From Dimorphilus gyrociliatus (lineage: Eukaryota > Animalia > Annelida): 64,000 nucleotides of DNA. Position 1 is the first letter of the stretch; every line of letters begins with the position of its first letter. Of the stretch, positions 53,121 through 64,000 are shown in pieces. Below the pieces are notes generated by a model. The model did not search any database. It was not told the origin of the DNA and saw only the letters and a program-made list of their open reading frames with translations. The stretch covers positions 2,776,504-2,840,503 of the forward strand of contig CAJFCJ010000003.1 in NCBI GenBank assembly GCA_904063045.1, read 5' to 3'. The position numbers and the translations under genes are program-made.

Positions 53121-53498
53121 TTTACTTTTATAGAGGCAAACGAAAAAACTATTGTCTTTGTATAACTTGATAATAAAGAAAGATTTTTAAAATAATTTAC
53201 ACTTTTGGGAAATCGTTTAAAAGACTTTTCGTATGTTGCAAATGCTCAACAAAATAAGCTAATGGACAAAGGAAAGTAATAATTAATAAGGAAAAGATAA
53301 AAATTTGAATATACAATTCCATTTTTACAAACTATATCTAAAACATGACAAGAATGTTTGTATAAAAGTATAAGAAGATCAGCTGTTTCTTTGGAAAACT
53401 ATATGACATCTATATACTGTATAAGAATAGAACTTATTCAAAGTTTTCTATTTTATAAATAAAATATTAATCCAGTTTCTCATCTTTTGAACGTTAAG

Positions 53499-53689
53499 TT
53501 ACATTAAATAAAAATTAGTTGGAATTACAAAATCAGTTGAAGGTATTAAATATTCTTGCAGAGAAGATATATCTTTAACTACTTTTTTTTGACCAAGAAA
53601 TCGATTGACGATTCGTTTTACAAGTAGAATTTTTTCTGATTCCAACAGATTGCTTTTCGCGCTTTCAAATGCATAGAACAAGGTAATTC
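53499..53689 (-). other. Candidate phase-1 terminal coding exon of unknown parent
   Basis: ctaac...ccatctatag acceptor followed by a 63-codon open frame to TAA; no clear private first exon. Confidence 0.3.
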
Positions 53690-53935
53690 CTATAGATGGA
53701 AGTTTAGCATGTTAGTTGTATCGTTCACTAATCCTTTCCATAATATATAAAACAAAATCACAACTTTTTTAATTTAACTGAATAAAGTCAACGTTTAAAG
53801 GATGCAATTAAATTTTCTTATATGATTGAAATAAATGGGGATATAATAGTTATTCTATGTAATTTAAAGTGAAATGATTTAATACTAAGACTATTTTTTT
53901 TATTTATATAATCTAATAGATAATTAACTAGTAGA

Positions 53936-53976
53936 AAGAGAAAGAGAAAGAGAAAGAGAAAGAGAAAGAGAAAGAG
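53936..53976. repeat. (GAGAAA)n hexanucleotide repeat
   Basis: Direct reading; explains the FLFLFL ORF. Confidence 0.85.
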
Positions 53977-54254
53977 AGAGAGAGCGAGAGAGAAAGAAAA
54001 AAAGAGAGAACTCTTTTTTTGTAAGAAAATTAAATAAAAGACATGGACATTAGAATAATTTAAAATTGAAGATAGATTGGCAAATGTCTTGAAAGGTTTT
54101 ACATTTACATATATATGCAATAAGCCTATAGAGATAAATTTTTTATATTATATATTTATTTATATCCTTTAGTTCTGTTAAACTTCTGGTTGATTTTTGA
54201 AGCTTTGTTTTGTCACTTTTACGTCCATTTTACTTATTATTTTTTTTATAAAAA

Positions 54255-54654
54255 TTAATTATTATAACTCAAACATTTCATTAACAATTCTCCGCAAAAA
54301 AATGGCTGAGACATACAGAATTTACAGTAAGTCATGAATTTTGATCTTTTTCCGACGGAATTACGAGATTTGAGATTAGGAAAAATAGCGTTATTTGGTT
54401 GATAATAACCGTCCCAATCCAGATCGACTTCTGGCTTTATTACGGCCATTTGCCAAGTTAGATCTGTAAGAAAATTAAAGTTATTTCATTTCTTTTTATA
54501 ATTAGGAATAGATTTGTTTAGTTTCTCTTTCATAGACTTAAAATATTTGAGTAGTTGCCTTGGAGAGAAAGTAAATACAAAAGGGAGAAATTTTATGAAA
54601 TCACTTACCGATTGAAATGATGTTTACTAAGATAACTAAGGCGATGAAATGCAT
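54255..54654 (-). CDS. Small secreted prepropeptide 1 (84 aa), 4-Cys C-terminal peptide; exons 54654-54609, 54463-54255
   Basis: MHFIALVILVNIISI|DLTWQMAVIKPEVDLDWDGYYQPNNAIFPNLKSRNSVGKRSKFMTYCKFCMSQPFFCGELLMKCLSYNN*. Strong G|gtaagt donor, ttacag acceptor, phase 1; hydrophobic N-terminus; GKR site; AATAAA downstream. Confidence 0.75.
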
Positions 54655-55464
54655 GTTCCAAGGACCTCTGGCTTTCTGTCTTCGATATCCACTACTTGCT
54701 TATTAAGTATTACCAGGATTTGTAAACAATGTATGTTAATTGGATAGAATAATAAAAATTATCTTAATTTGAATATTTATACGTTTGTATAAAAGTCTTA
54801 CTTCTTGGTTTTAAATCTGTTTAGCACTGACAACAGAATGACAGCTCATTAATATTTTCCTATCAATATTCATAAGGAAAGAATAAAAAAGTTTTATATT
54901 CATGAATATTTATAAAGTGAAAGATTATAAAAAGTCTTTCTCAATTAAAATCTAATATAGTGGCATAAATATAAATGTTTATTTGTATATACTATGATAT
55001 TATTTGTTTAGGGCAAATATTTTTTTTCTACAAGTACGAAACTATCTATAAAATAAAAGTATTATACGAAAATATAGCAGTTTAAACGTAATTTTACAGT
55101 AGAACTATAAAATTTAATAGAAAAGTTATTGTTAAATAGAGTAATACTAAATTATATTACGCAATAGCTTATTTAAGTTATTAATAAACAAAATTCTTTT
55201 ATTATTACATAATACCCTCCACCATAATAAAAACTATTGAAAATATTTAATAATAAAGCGTATTATTAGGTTTAAACGTAATAAAGGTTTTTAAAAATGT
55301 ATACCTTACTAACCATATAGTTAATAGAATTTATTAAGTTTTATAAGATGATATTGACTTAATACAATGCATTTTATTCTCGACAAAAGAATTAACATTG
55401 ATTAGATAAGACTATAAAGATATATGACATTTAATACTTGATTAAAAATTATGCAACACATCTA

Positions 55465-55792
55465 TTAGTTGTCCTTAAAAAGTTTTAAGCAATCCCAAAG
55501 AATTCCGGAATAACAATAAAATTTTCTATACAATAGACATTGGGTACATACGTAATTCTGATATCTTCTTCCATGTAGAAAACTGCGCCGGGCTGTTCTT
55601 GTATGGTGTTGGTCTTGTTTTGTTATTACTATCGATAAAGATGAAATGAATTGTTATATAGATAGAAATGGAAAAGAACTAAGAAAAGTCATAAATTTAT
55701 CACTTTTTACCTTTATGATCTTGTAAATAGACTCCTTTTGCAGCTAAGAGTAACAGTAAGACAAAGATTTTTACCCCAAAGTCCTTCATCAT
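55465..55792 (-). CDS. Small secreted prepropeptide 2 (81 aa), 4-Cys C-terminal peptide; exons 55792-55711, 55628-55465
   Basis: MMKDFGVKIFVLLLLLAAKGVYLQDHK|VITKQDQHHTRTARRSFLHGRRYQNYVCTQCLLYRKFYCYSGILWDCLKLFKDN*. Classic signal peptide, 82-nt phase-1 GT-AG intron, RR and GRR sites, AATAAA about 90 nt after the stop. Absent from the ORF track. Confidence 0.78.
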
Positions 55793-58080
55793 TAAACAAA
55801 AAAGACTGAACTATCAGCGAAGAGTTATTTACGTCCCTTTTTAAGTAAGAGAAGAAGAGTGGAATAATTTGCCGTATCACGACTAACTGATGGACTCTTA
55901 AAATTATATTAAAGGTTAAGTTACAAAATGACTTTCACTTTTAGAATAAAATACCAAGAAATCTCTTTTTACGTAACCAATTTTCTTAAGTTTACTTTAT
56001 CAAGAAGTCGACTTTTGTAGCTTTTAATAAACATTATTCTTATAAAAAAAGCTCTTTGTTTGTTTTAAAAAGAAAAAGAAAATTTCCTATTTTAAAATTC
56101 TTGTTATAGAATTAATTAAACAAATAAGGAATCTTAGTTATCTTCATCTCAATGCTATTACTCAGATATTCAGTACTTGCATTAAAAACTATAATTAGCG
56201 TACTTTCAGGTAAAATATTAATAAATATTTTACATTCATATGTTGTTTTACTGTATATATTTAACATCATAGTAATTCTTCCAATATATAATATAATATA
56301 GATACTGTCTATATACTGTATGTGACTACTGGCTATTTATAAAACTATCTATATTACAGATAAAAGTTATAAAATACCTAAAAGTATATAAATATTTAGA
56401 TATAAAACATTATAAAATATAAATATTCTGAAATATAGAGGCATCACGCCATCTAGAGATTATCTTAAAAATTTCTCTCTCCATCCTCTCCTCTCTGCCT
56501 GCTGCCTGTCTCACTGTCTCACTCTGTCTGTCTCACTATCTCTGTCTTTCTTGTTATTCTAAAAAAAGTTTTGTACAGTTCAGAACGTTCTCTTTAAGAG
56601 CTATCTTTAGAGTGAGCAGGAAACGTGAAAAATGTTTGTATGACAAATAATGGAACTATTTCTTCAATTTATTCTGTCTGGACGGAAAGGAGACAAAAAA
56701 GTAACGTTACTCCTTTACTTTTTTTATAGTATTTTCTTTTTTTAGTATATCTGAGTTTATATTTGCGTCAGAAGTTGAGAAAAATTGGGAATAAATTTTT
56801 ATTTTACGTCCTGTATATTTAAAAAACAATATATAGATACAGTATATATATATATATATAATTTGGAATATATTAAGTTAAAAAACCTTTCATTATTCAA
56901 TGAAAAATGTTGAATACCTATATTGACAAACTCACAATTCGAAGTTTAAATTATAAATATTAGAAGCGAATGCAAAGATATTTTGTTGTGTATGTTTAAT
57001 GATAGTTACATAAAAGTTTGTCACTTTTTATACAATCCATAAAAAAGCGAGGAAGATTCCCAAAGTCCCCAAAGCTTAAAGCTGGAGATGCGTTAGATTA
57101 GTCCCGTTGAGGAAATTTTACCAGCACTTCTTTCCTTAAACTACTATAACCGACATAGGTTTCAGTATAGAAAAGGGAAAAAGATTATATTATAGGCCTA
57201 CTCCGGGAGAAGAATTTTAAAATTCGTTTAAGTAGGCCTAAGCGTTGCAGTGGTTTGCAGACATTGCAGAGTAGAGGTCGCCAGCATAAACATTCGAAAT
57301 ACATAAAAGAAATCAATCGATAGAAAACCTGCCGGCGTTGCAGATGAGGCATGTATTACACTTTCAAAAAAAAATTATATTTAATAAATTAGACAATTAA
57401 TAAAAAAATAAAGTAATTTAAAAAAGGAAACGAAAAAAAAACGCTCTTTTTATTTGAATATACAGCAAGTCTATTTTATTCTTTTTTAAAATTTGATATG
57501 CTCATTTGCAGGTAAGCTTTCTTAAAGAATTAGTTTTCCAATTTTATGGTATACTCTATATATATATATATATATATATTTACTGTATATATACGAATTG
57601 TCTACTTAAAGTCAATATAGAATAGAATATAAGTATATATTTCTATGTATGTATCCTTACATATAAAGAATATAGGAGCATCTATATATCATTTACGAAA
57701 TCAACTTGTTGATTCTTCATGAATTAGTTAAATTGGAAAAAAAAAAGAAAAAAAAAGAAAGGTTGCAAGAATATACAATCAAGTTCTTTATTTATGTTGT
57801 AATTTTTTAGAATAGAAAAAGAACAGAAAGAAAATTTTTGAATAAAACAAAAAGTTTGCTTTGAACGAAATTTCTTCTTGTTTTTCTTTTATCCATTCAA
57901 TTTTCCATACCTTTCTTTTTTCATCTTTTTATTTCAAGTTTTTTAGCTGAGTTTGGTGTTATTTTTTTTTTGTTCTCTTTATTTTTTATATCTTATTTTT
58001 GAGGGGAAAATTTTTACTTTTAAATTATTCATGACTGATAGTAATTAGGTTAGAAAATAAATGCGTATTCTATCAAAGGA

Positions 58081-58145
58081 ACGAGCGGGGCACTCGCGCT
58101 TAATTGCGCATGGGAACCGAATATAGTCGTAAAAATGGCCGCTGT
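58081..58145. promoter_or_regulatory. GC-rich promoter-like island with NRF1-like TGCGCATGGG (58105-58114) and YY1-like AAAATGGCCGC
   Basis: CpG-rich patch in AT-rich DNA; the same TGCGCATGGG 10-mer occurs in the TMEM68/ADAM10 promoter. Confidence 0.35.
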
Positions 58146-60360
58146 CCACTTTCATTTGTTTCCTTTACACGTTTTCTATGCCTTTATTATATATTAATGT
58201 ATGCCAATCGCGTCTTTTCGTTCTATACATGTTAATATGAATTTAAAAAGGGCAAGCCGAAAGAGACTGTCAAAATGTTATAAAACTTTTACCAAAAGTT
58301 ATCTTGTGTCTTACGCATTCTACGTATTACTTTTTCACTTTGATCTGATGTCTGAATCTCTTTAACCTGAACATAAACTTGTTTATTACTATATACATTT
58401 ATATTAAAGAACAGTACGTGTATATTCTTGTATAAGCCACAAATTAACTGCACAACAAGTTATAGGATTTTAATTAAGCCCAAAACATATGGTGTTAATG
58501 CTTTTGGTTCATGTAGAGAATTTCTATTATTTTTATTATTTTATTTGTTATTTTTATGAATATTTACTACAAATGCAGTATTGACATCTTATATTGAAAT
58601 TAGTTTTATTTTTAGCATTCAATAAGACTTATTAGAATACTAAATAAATTGATAATTAAGTTACTTACGGATAATCTATCATTATAATCTTTTCTCTATC
58701 CAAAAATTTGTATACAAGGAAAATAATTCTTATTAATTAGGCCTATAAATAGATATTTATTTGCTACATTGTTAATTTTTCTTCTTTTTGACTTACTTTG
58801 ATTGATGTTATTTTATTATGCAAAGATAAAGTTCTTTTATGGGGTTAACCGTTAAGGCTACTATCATTTTTCATTGTTAAGCTTTCGCCTCTTTCTATTC
58901 TATCGCTTTCATATGGAGTACTAAAACCAGCTTCTCTTTATATTCTTGTTTTAGTTTTTCTTAGCATATTTTCTTAATGCCATTATGTAAAACACTTTCG
59001 TTTTCTTTTACTTTTTTCTTTTTAGCCAATCTTTCTCACTGTCTCTTTCTCTCTCTCTTTTATGTCTCTCGACTTCTTTCCTCCATTACTCCTTCCCTCT
59101 CTGTCTCTCTGTGTCTCTTTTGTTCTGCGTATGTGCTTTTTTGTATCTATCTATCTATCTATCTATCTCTCTCTCGTTGCCTCTGACTGTGACTCTGTAT
59201 TTGTCTGTCTGTCTGTCTCTCTGTCTGTCTCTCTGTCTGTCTCTCCCTCTCAACCTCCTAGTTACAATATCCTTATGGAAATATCTTAGATGTAGAATAA
59301 TTAAGAAACTGAAGACCGAATATAGACAGCTAATTATTATATGTATATAGGTTAACATAAAATAGAGTTTAATAAACCGTAACCGTATTGTTTCCGATGA
59401 ATCATTAGATAATCAGTTACGCTTCGAGCTTCTGACTTATTCAGGAATTCTTTTAAGCGTGTACAAATTAATCTCAGAGTCATTCTTTATTAATAATATG
59501 CCTTCTACAAACATCATAGAATGATACTGCATAAAACCATTACATCCAAATGCGTATTCATCTTGTTTCGTAGTTGAGAGAAACATCTATTTATAGACCA
59601 GTACATAATTTGGTGGAGAATTTAATATGCTATTCTATTCTATTAATATATTATTATTTTACTATGTAATTGGGATCATAAGGTTTTTTATTGATTGACG
59701 ACATAGTAATTTGTATTTCAGTAAAGCTTTTAGTGAGAACTATCAATAAATGTTAAATTTCTCCATTGTTTAATGGTGCAATTTATGTGATTCTCTGTCA
59801 ATTTCATCCGCTTTTAATTGCATTTTGCTTAACGCCTGAACTCACTCAGCGACAAGGGATATATGCAGCCATAGCCATATTTTTTTTATAGATTGTCTCG
59901 TGGCTCCAACAGAAGCCTGGTGTTTGGTTGACCAATCTGTTGGCAAATCACCATCAGTTGCCGTTCTACTTTTAACAAGGTCTTACCAAGAGTTCAGTTT
60001 ATTTTTATTAAAAAAAACGTCAGCGTTGACCTTATTTAGTTAAAGGACTTTTCCTTTTTTTTATCTGTAATTTTATTTCTCTAACTCTATCTCTTAATCT
60101 TTCCAACTCTTTTCATTTCTTCTTGTTAAATTCTGTTATGGTGCCAAGTATCATACTCTTTAATATTCAGTTTGTCATGCTTTGATCTATCTCTTGTGTT
60201 TTAGGAGAAGTTTCTTCAGTTGTTTATTACGAAAGCAAATACTAAACGATTTTAAAGGTCGAATCTGTGAGTCTGTGAATACTAATAACGCACAAATGAA
60301 AATAAATCCTAATTAATATTATACAGAACAATAACAAATTATGTTATCAGTTTACATGCA

Positions 60361-60362
<2 letters not shown>

Positions 60363-60400
<38 letters not shown>
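60363..60400. repeat. (TA)n microsatellite
   Basis: Direct reading. Confidence 0.9.
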
Positions 60401-60404
<4 letters not shown>

Positions 60405-61325
60405 GCTATTATACTAATTAAGATGTATTTGTATATTCATAAAAAAAAATCCTTCGAAAAGGGATGAAGCTAAATAATGAAATACTGAATAGAGAGATTT
60501 TCGTTAGATTGCCCCATAAGAAGATTTACGAGTTCAATGCCCATGATCAGGCCTACTTTGTCAAAATAACAAATTAGTTTACATCTGTTACAAAAATCTG
60601 AAATAAAAAAAATTTAATCCACAAATGAATATTTATTTTCTTTTTAAAGAAAAATAATTATTTTCTGTTGCATATGATTATGTTTTTTAATTTTTATGAA
60701 TAGATCCTGAAATAGCATCTGTTTAAGAAGAGAAGAAATCATAATTTCATATATATGTATTGTACAGCTTCTATTTATACATACAGTATATATTATATGT
60801 TTATATTGTATATAGCTTTCAAACGGGGTTTAGAATAAGTTGATAAAGTTTATTTTTAACCTATTTAATAGGATAGATTTTGTTTTGCAAGCTAAAACGA
60901 CAGAATACACTCTTGGGAATAATTTGGGAACTACATTATACTTTTCGTAGCAAGCTTAAACAATGAAACTGTTGACTTAGTAGTTTGTTAGGGAAAATGA
61001 GACATGGAGACGGTCTTTGTGTGTTTTTTTTTTTGGTATTCTTTATTATAAATAAATTAAGGATTAAGGAAGAAAGGGAATGAAACTTAGATAATCGGAA
61101 AGATTACGGGAATTTTATAGATTTAATATTATTATCCATTTTCCCCCCCCGTCTGGTTTTTCTTAGCAATACTATGAGATTATGTAAATTTTGCAATACA
61201 AATGCCATCTAGTCATGAGAGTCAACAGACTTTAGTATTTTTTTAAGATTATAGGAGAATTATAGTATAGAGAAATTTATGACTATGTTTGGAATAACGA
61301 TTCTACTTTTTTTACAGGCCTAAAC

Positions 61326-63101
61326 ATGGCCCAAATGACGGAAGATGCAATAGACGTCACGCCAGGGTTAACTGTGGAAGTGAGGCGAGACAGTCAAACA
61401 TTTCAAGATATTCAAAAAGAGAGAATTCGGGGACTTCAAAAGAAAATGGAAGAGGAGGTATTAAGGAAAAAGCTCAAATGGGAAATGGAAGTAGGTAGAA
61501 TGAGAGATGAATTTTTGAAGCTCTATCCGGAGGATAGAAAATGGCCTTCATTGGAAGAAATTAACGAACCATTAGTTCTAAAGAGAAGAGGAAGTACAGA
61601 TGTTCTTGATGTTAAGAGAATGAAAACACTCTTCTTGGAATATCCTAGTGGGGGAAGATTTTTTAAACTGAGATTTGATATGGAGGATTATGATAAGGAT
61701 ACAATAAATATCAATGTTGATGGAGATCGAATAGTTGTAAGAGCCACCAAAGAAGATGATACATATCCACAGTAAGTAAAAAGAAGAATTTCGCTATTTT
61801 TCTTATTATAAATTGCTTTATATTTAATTTTTAATTAATTTCCGATTACCTTGAAAATTAATTCCTTCCTCACATAAGAATAATATCATTATCTTTCTTT
61901 TTCCTTATTTCTTTCCTCTTAATACTTTTCTTATGTTATTTACGATAATACTCAGACAAATAAAATTTGCAGTCGTAAATTTTACTTATTTGTTTTTTTT
62001 CTACAATTGGGTCTCTCCCTCCCCCTTCCCCCTTTTCTCTTTCTCACTCTCTCACTCTCTCTGTCTCTCTATCTCTCCGCCCCTCGCTCTTTGTTCGTGT
62101 TTCTTTATTTATTTTCCATATTTTCTTCATGGTACCATTCAATTCTTCATTCAATTATACAACTGTTTCATCATATTCTTGTATTTACCAGTTTATGATA
62201 AAATATTTACAAAGGATGAAAATATAAATTGATTTTTTTTCCTTATAGATTAAAACATCCTTTCTTCTTTTCTTTTCTTTTCAACCATTTGTTTGCAAAT
62301 ACTTATTATCTTTTGTTTGTCTCCTTACTAATTTATCTCTCATAAAATTTTTAAAAATGCATGAAAATTGAGATGATTAAGGAATTATGAATAATTAGAT
62401 TATTCTATTTTGTTTCCTTAATAGTATTACAATGAAAAGTTAATTATAATGCGATTACGGTTGACTACAGGGAGCGGAGTAGTTTCGTGAGGAAGATAGA
62501 AAAGCCGAGGGACGTTGATATTTCTAAACTTAGGTCTTTCTTAACATCTGATGGGGTGTTAATTATTGAAGCTCCGATGCCTCCTAGATCGTTAAATATC
62601 AAGAAATTTCATCATTCACCTAGTACAATATCTAGGTGTAGATCATCGCCTCCTAGTTCTCCAACAAATTCTAGTCCCCAGACTCCATCTCACTTGCTGA
62701 AGCCAAACATTCCTACTTTTTCTGGACAAAATGGAGAAAGAAGAATGTCATTACTAATAGAAATTGGAAAGTGCTTTAAACCAAAGGAAATCGCTGTTCA
62801 AATATTAAAATCCGATAGGATAATGGTAAGAGCGAAACACGAAGAAAAAACAAAAGAGCTACAATCCAAGTCAAAGTTTTCTAAAGATTACGACTTAAGC
62901 GAACCTATTGAAAGGTATACGCTTAGAGCGGGTTTAACAGAGGATGGCAGATTATTAATAGGTGCTTTGGGTAAGAACCATGATGCTATTACTAAATTAG
63001 CGGCTGTTGAACAAATTACTAAGGATATTGCTGCCAGGTCTAGTTCCTGTAATGTGTTAGATTTTGCTAACTTCCCTCCGGCGGTTGTTCCGCAAATCTA
63101 A
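61326..63101 (+). CDS. Small heat shock protein with two alpha-crystallin domains (p40/Tsp36-like); exons 61326-61771, 62471-63101
   Basis: ACD1 FKLRFDMEDYDKDTININVDGDRIVVRA...FVRKIEKPRDVDISKLRSFLTSDGVLIIEAP; ACD2 IEIGKCFKPKEIAVQI...YDLSEPIE...LTEDGRLLI; phase-2 CA|gtaagt...cag|G junction. Confidence 0.88.
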
Positions 63102-63381
63102 AGAGGAAAAAACAATTTAAGAAAACAACAGAAGTATTGAAAATATCTCTTTTTCGATAGTTTTTCTCTTCGATTGCTATGACAACTAAAAAATTTTTTA
63201 TTTTCAAAATTATTTAATTACGATTCATTTTATTTCTTCCACTTTCTTTCTGATTCTATCATTCCCTATCCATTTCTCTTTTTTCAACTTTTGGGTTCTG
63301 CTACCTGATTGATAGAAAATATAAAAAAAAGACAACTCCTGGGAAAACTTTCTCACGTTAGTATTTATAATTAAAAAATCC

Positions 63382-63395
63382 CCAAGTAGATGGCG
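63382..63395 (+). promoter_or_regulatory. CTCF-like motif CCAAGTAGATGGCG
   Basis: Close to the CCAGTAGATGGCGC consensus, downstream of the sHSP gene. Confidence 0.4.
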
Positions 63396-64000
63396 TTAGC
63401 AACCTTTTAGGACTGATATAATTTTCCTCAATAAATGTCTTGAAAGACAAATAGAGGTGAAAAGAATATCAATTTAGGAAAGCGAAAATGTTTTTCGTAG
63501 TTAGAAAATTGGGGAATAACTTATTACAGTTTCCCTGGATGGTAGTTTGCTACGGGAAAGTTTTTTTTTTCAATCTGCAAAATACTCCAATAAGCATCTT
63601 CATTAAAGTTTTATAAACTACTCTCAATGGATTTACTAACATAAAAAACAAAATTTCAAAGGAGCCGACAGTCTTGGGAATAAACTATTTTTGGCTTTTC
63701 AGTTGCTCACGTTTCTTTCTTATATGGATGCACTTTTTGCTCAATTTTCTATTGGTTCAATCAGTTTTATCTTTGGTTTGGGAAATTTTTCCAGGAAAGA
63801 CAATAGAAGAAGAGGAAATATTTCTGAAAAAACATTTTCATTCTCGGCATAATTCAATCTTAAGTTCGTTTATTAAAATGTGCGAAGGTCTAAGAAAATA
63901 AAATATTTGATGAATATATACAAGAATCAGTTTTATGCAGAAATACAAAATCCTTTTTACGTATTCTATCGCAAGTAAACAAATATATTTCGTTTCTTCA

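Noticed and set aside
59847-59983. GC-richer exon-like segment (open frame on - with GA|gtgagt donor; acceptor-like site on +)
   Set aside because: Could not be joined to any other exon into a coherent ORF; may be a UTR or non-coding exon of the sHSP locus.
63674-63901. 75-aa ORF at the window end
   Set aside because: TTG start, F/L-rich composition, no motif; at most part of a gene continuing outside the window.
1-64000. CRISPR arrays, rRNA genes, transposase or reverse transcriptase ORFs
   Set aside because: None seen; the sequence is intron-containing eukaryotic DNA with no regularly spaced repeats or mobile-element coding motifs.

Overview
AT-rich, gene-dense eukaryotic (animal) genomic DNA with many short GT-AG introns. 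The compactness and gene content suggest a lophotrochozoan, possibly a miniature annelid such as Dimorphilus (inference only). Genes supported by manual splicing: Rab3 (+), hnRNP Q/R Syncrip (-), TESK/cdi kinase (+), APMAP (+), ERGIC2 (-), TMEM68 (-), ADAM10 (+), an orphan type-I membrane protein with degenerate LRR-like motifs (+), PROSER3-like (-), two tandem ceramide synthases (-), MYO19-like (-), FAM227-like (+), an intron-containing tRNA-Pro(AGG) (-), an intronless class A peptide-type GPCR (+), two unrecognised small prepropeptide genes (-), and a double alpha-crystallin-domain sHSP (+). Best leads: (1) two tandem two-exon genes encoding signal peptide + propeptide + G-K/R-R site + a 4-Cys C-x2-C peptide, next to an orphan GPCR; (2) a hidden 125-nt paralogous exon in Rab3 that looks mutually exclusive with the canonical exon and swaps the effector-binding loop; (3) an atypical tRNA-Pro with an 11-nt intron. 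All gene models were spliced by eye and no database searches were run; family names come from recalled motifs.
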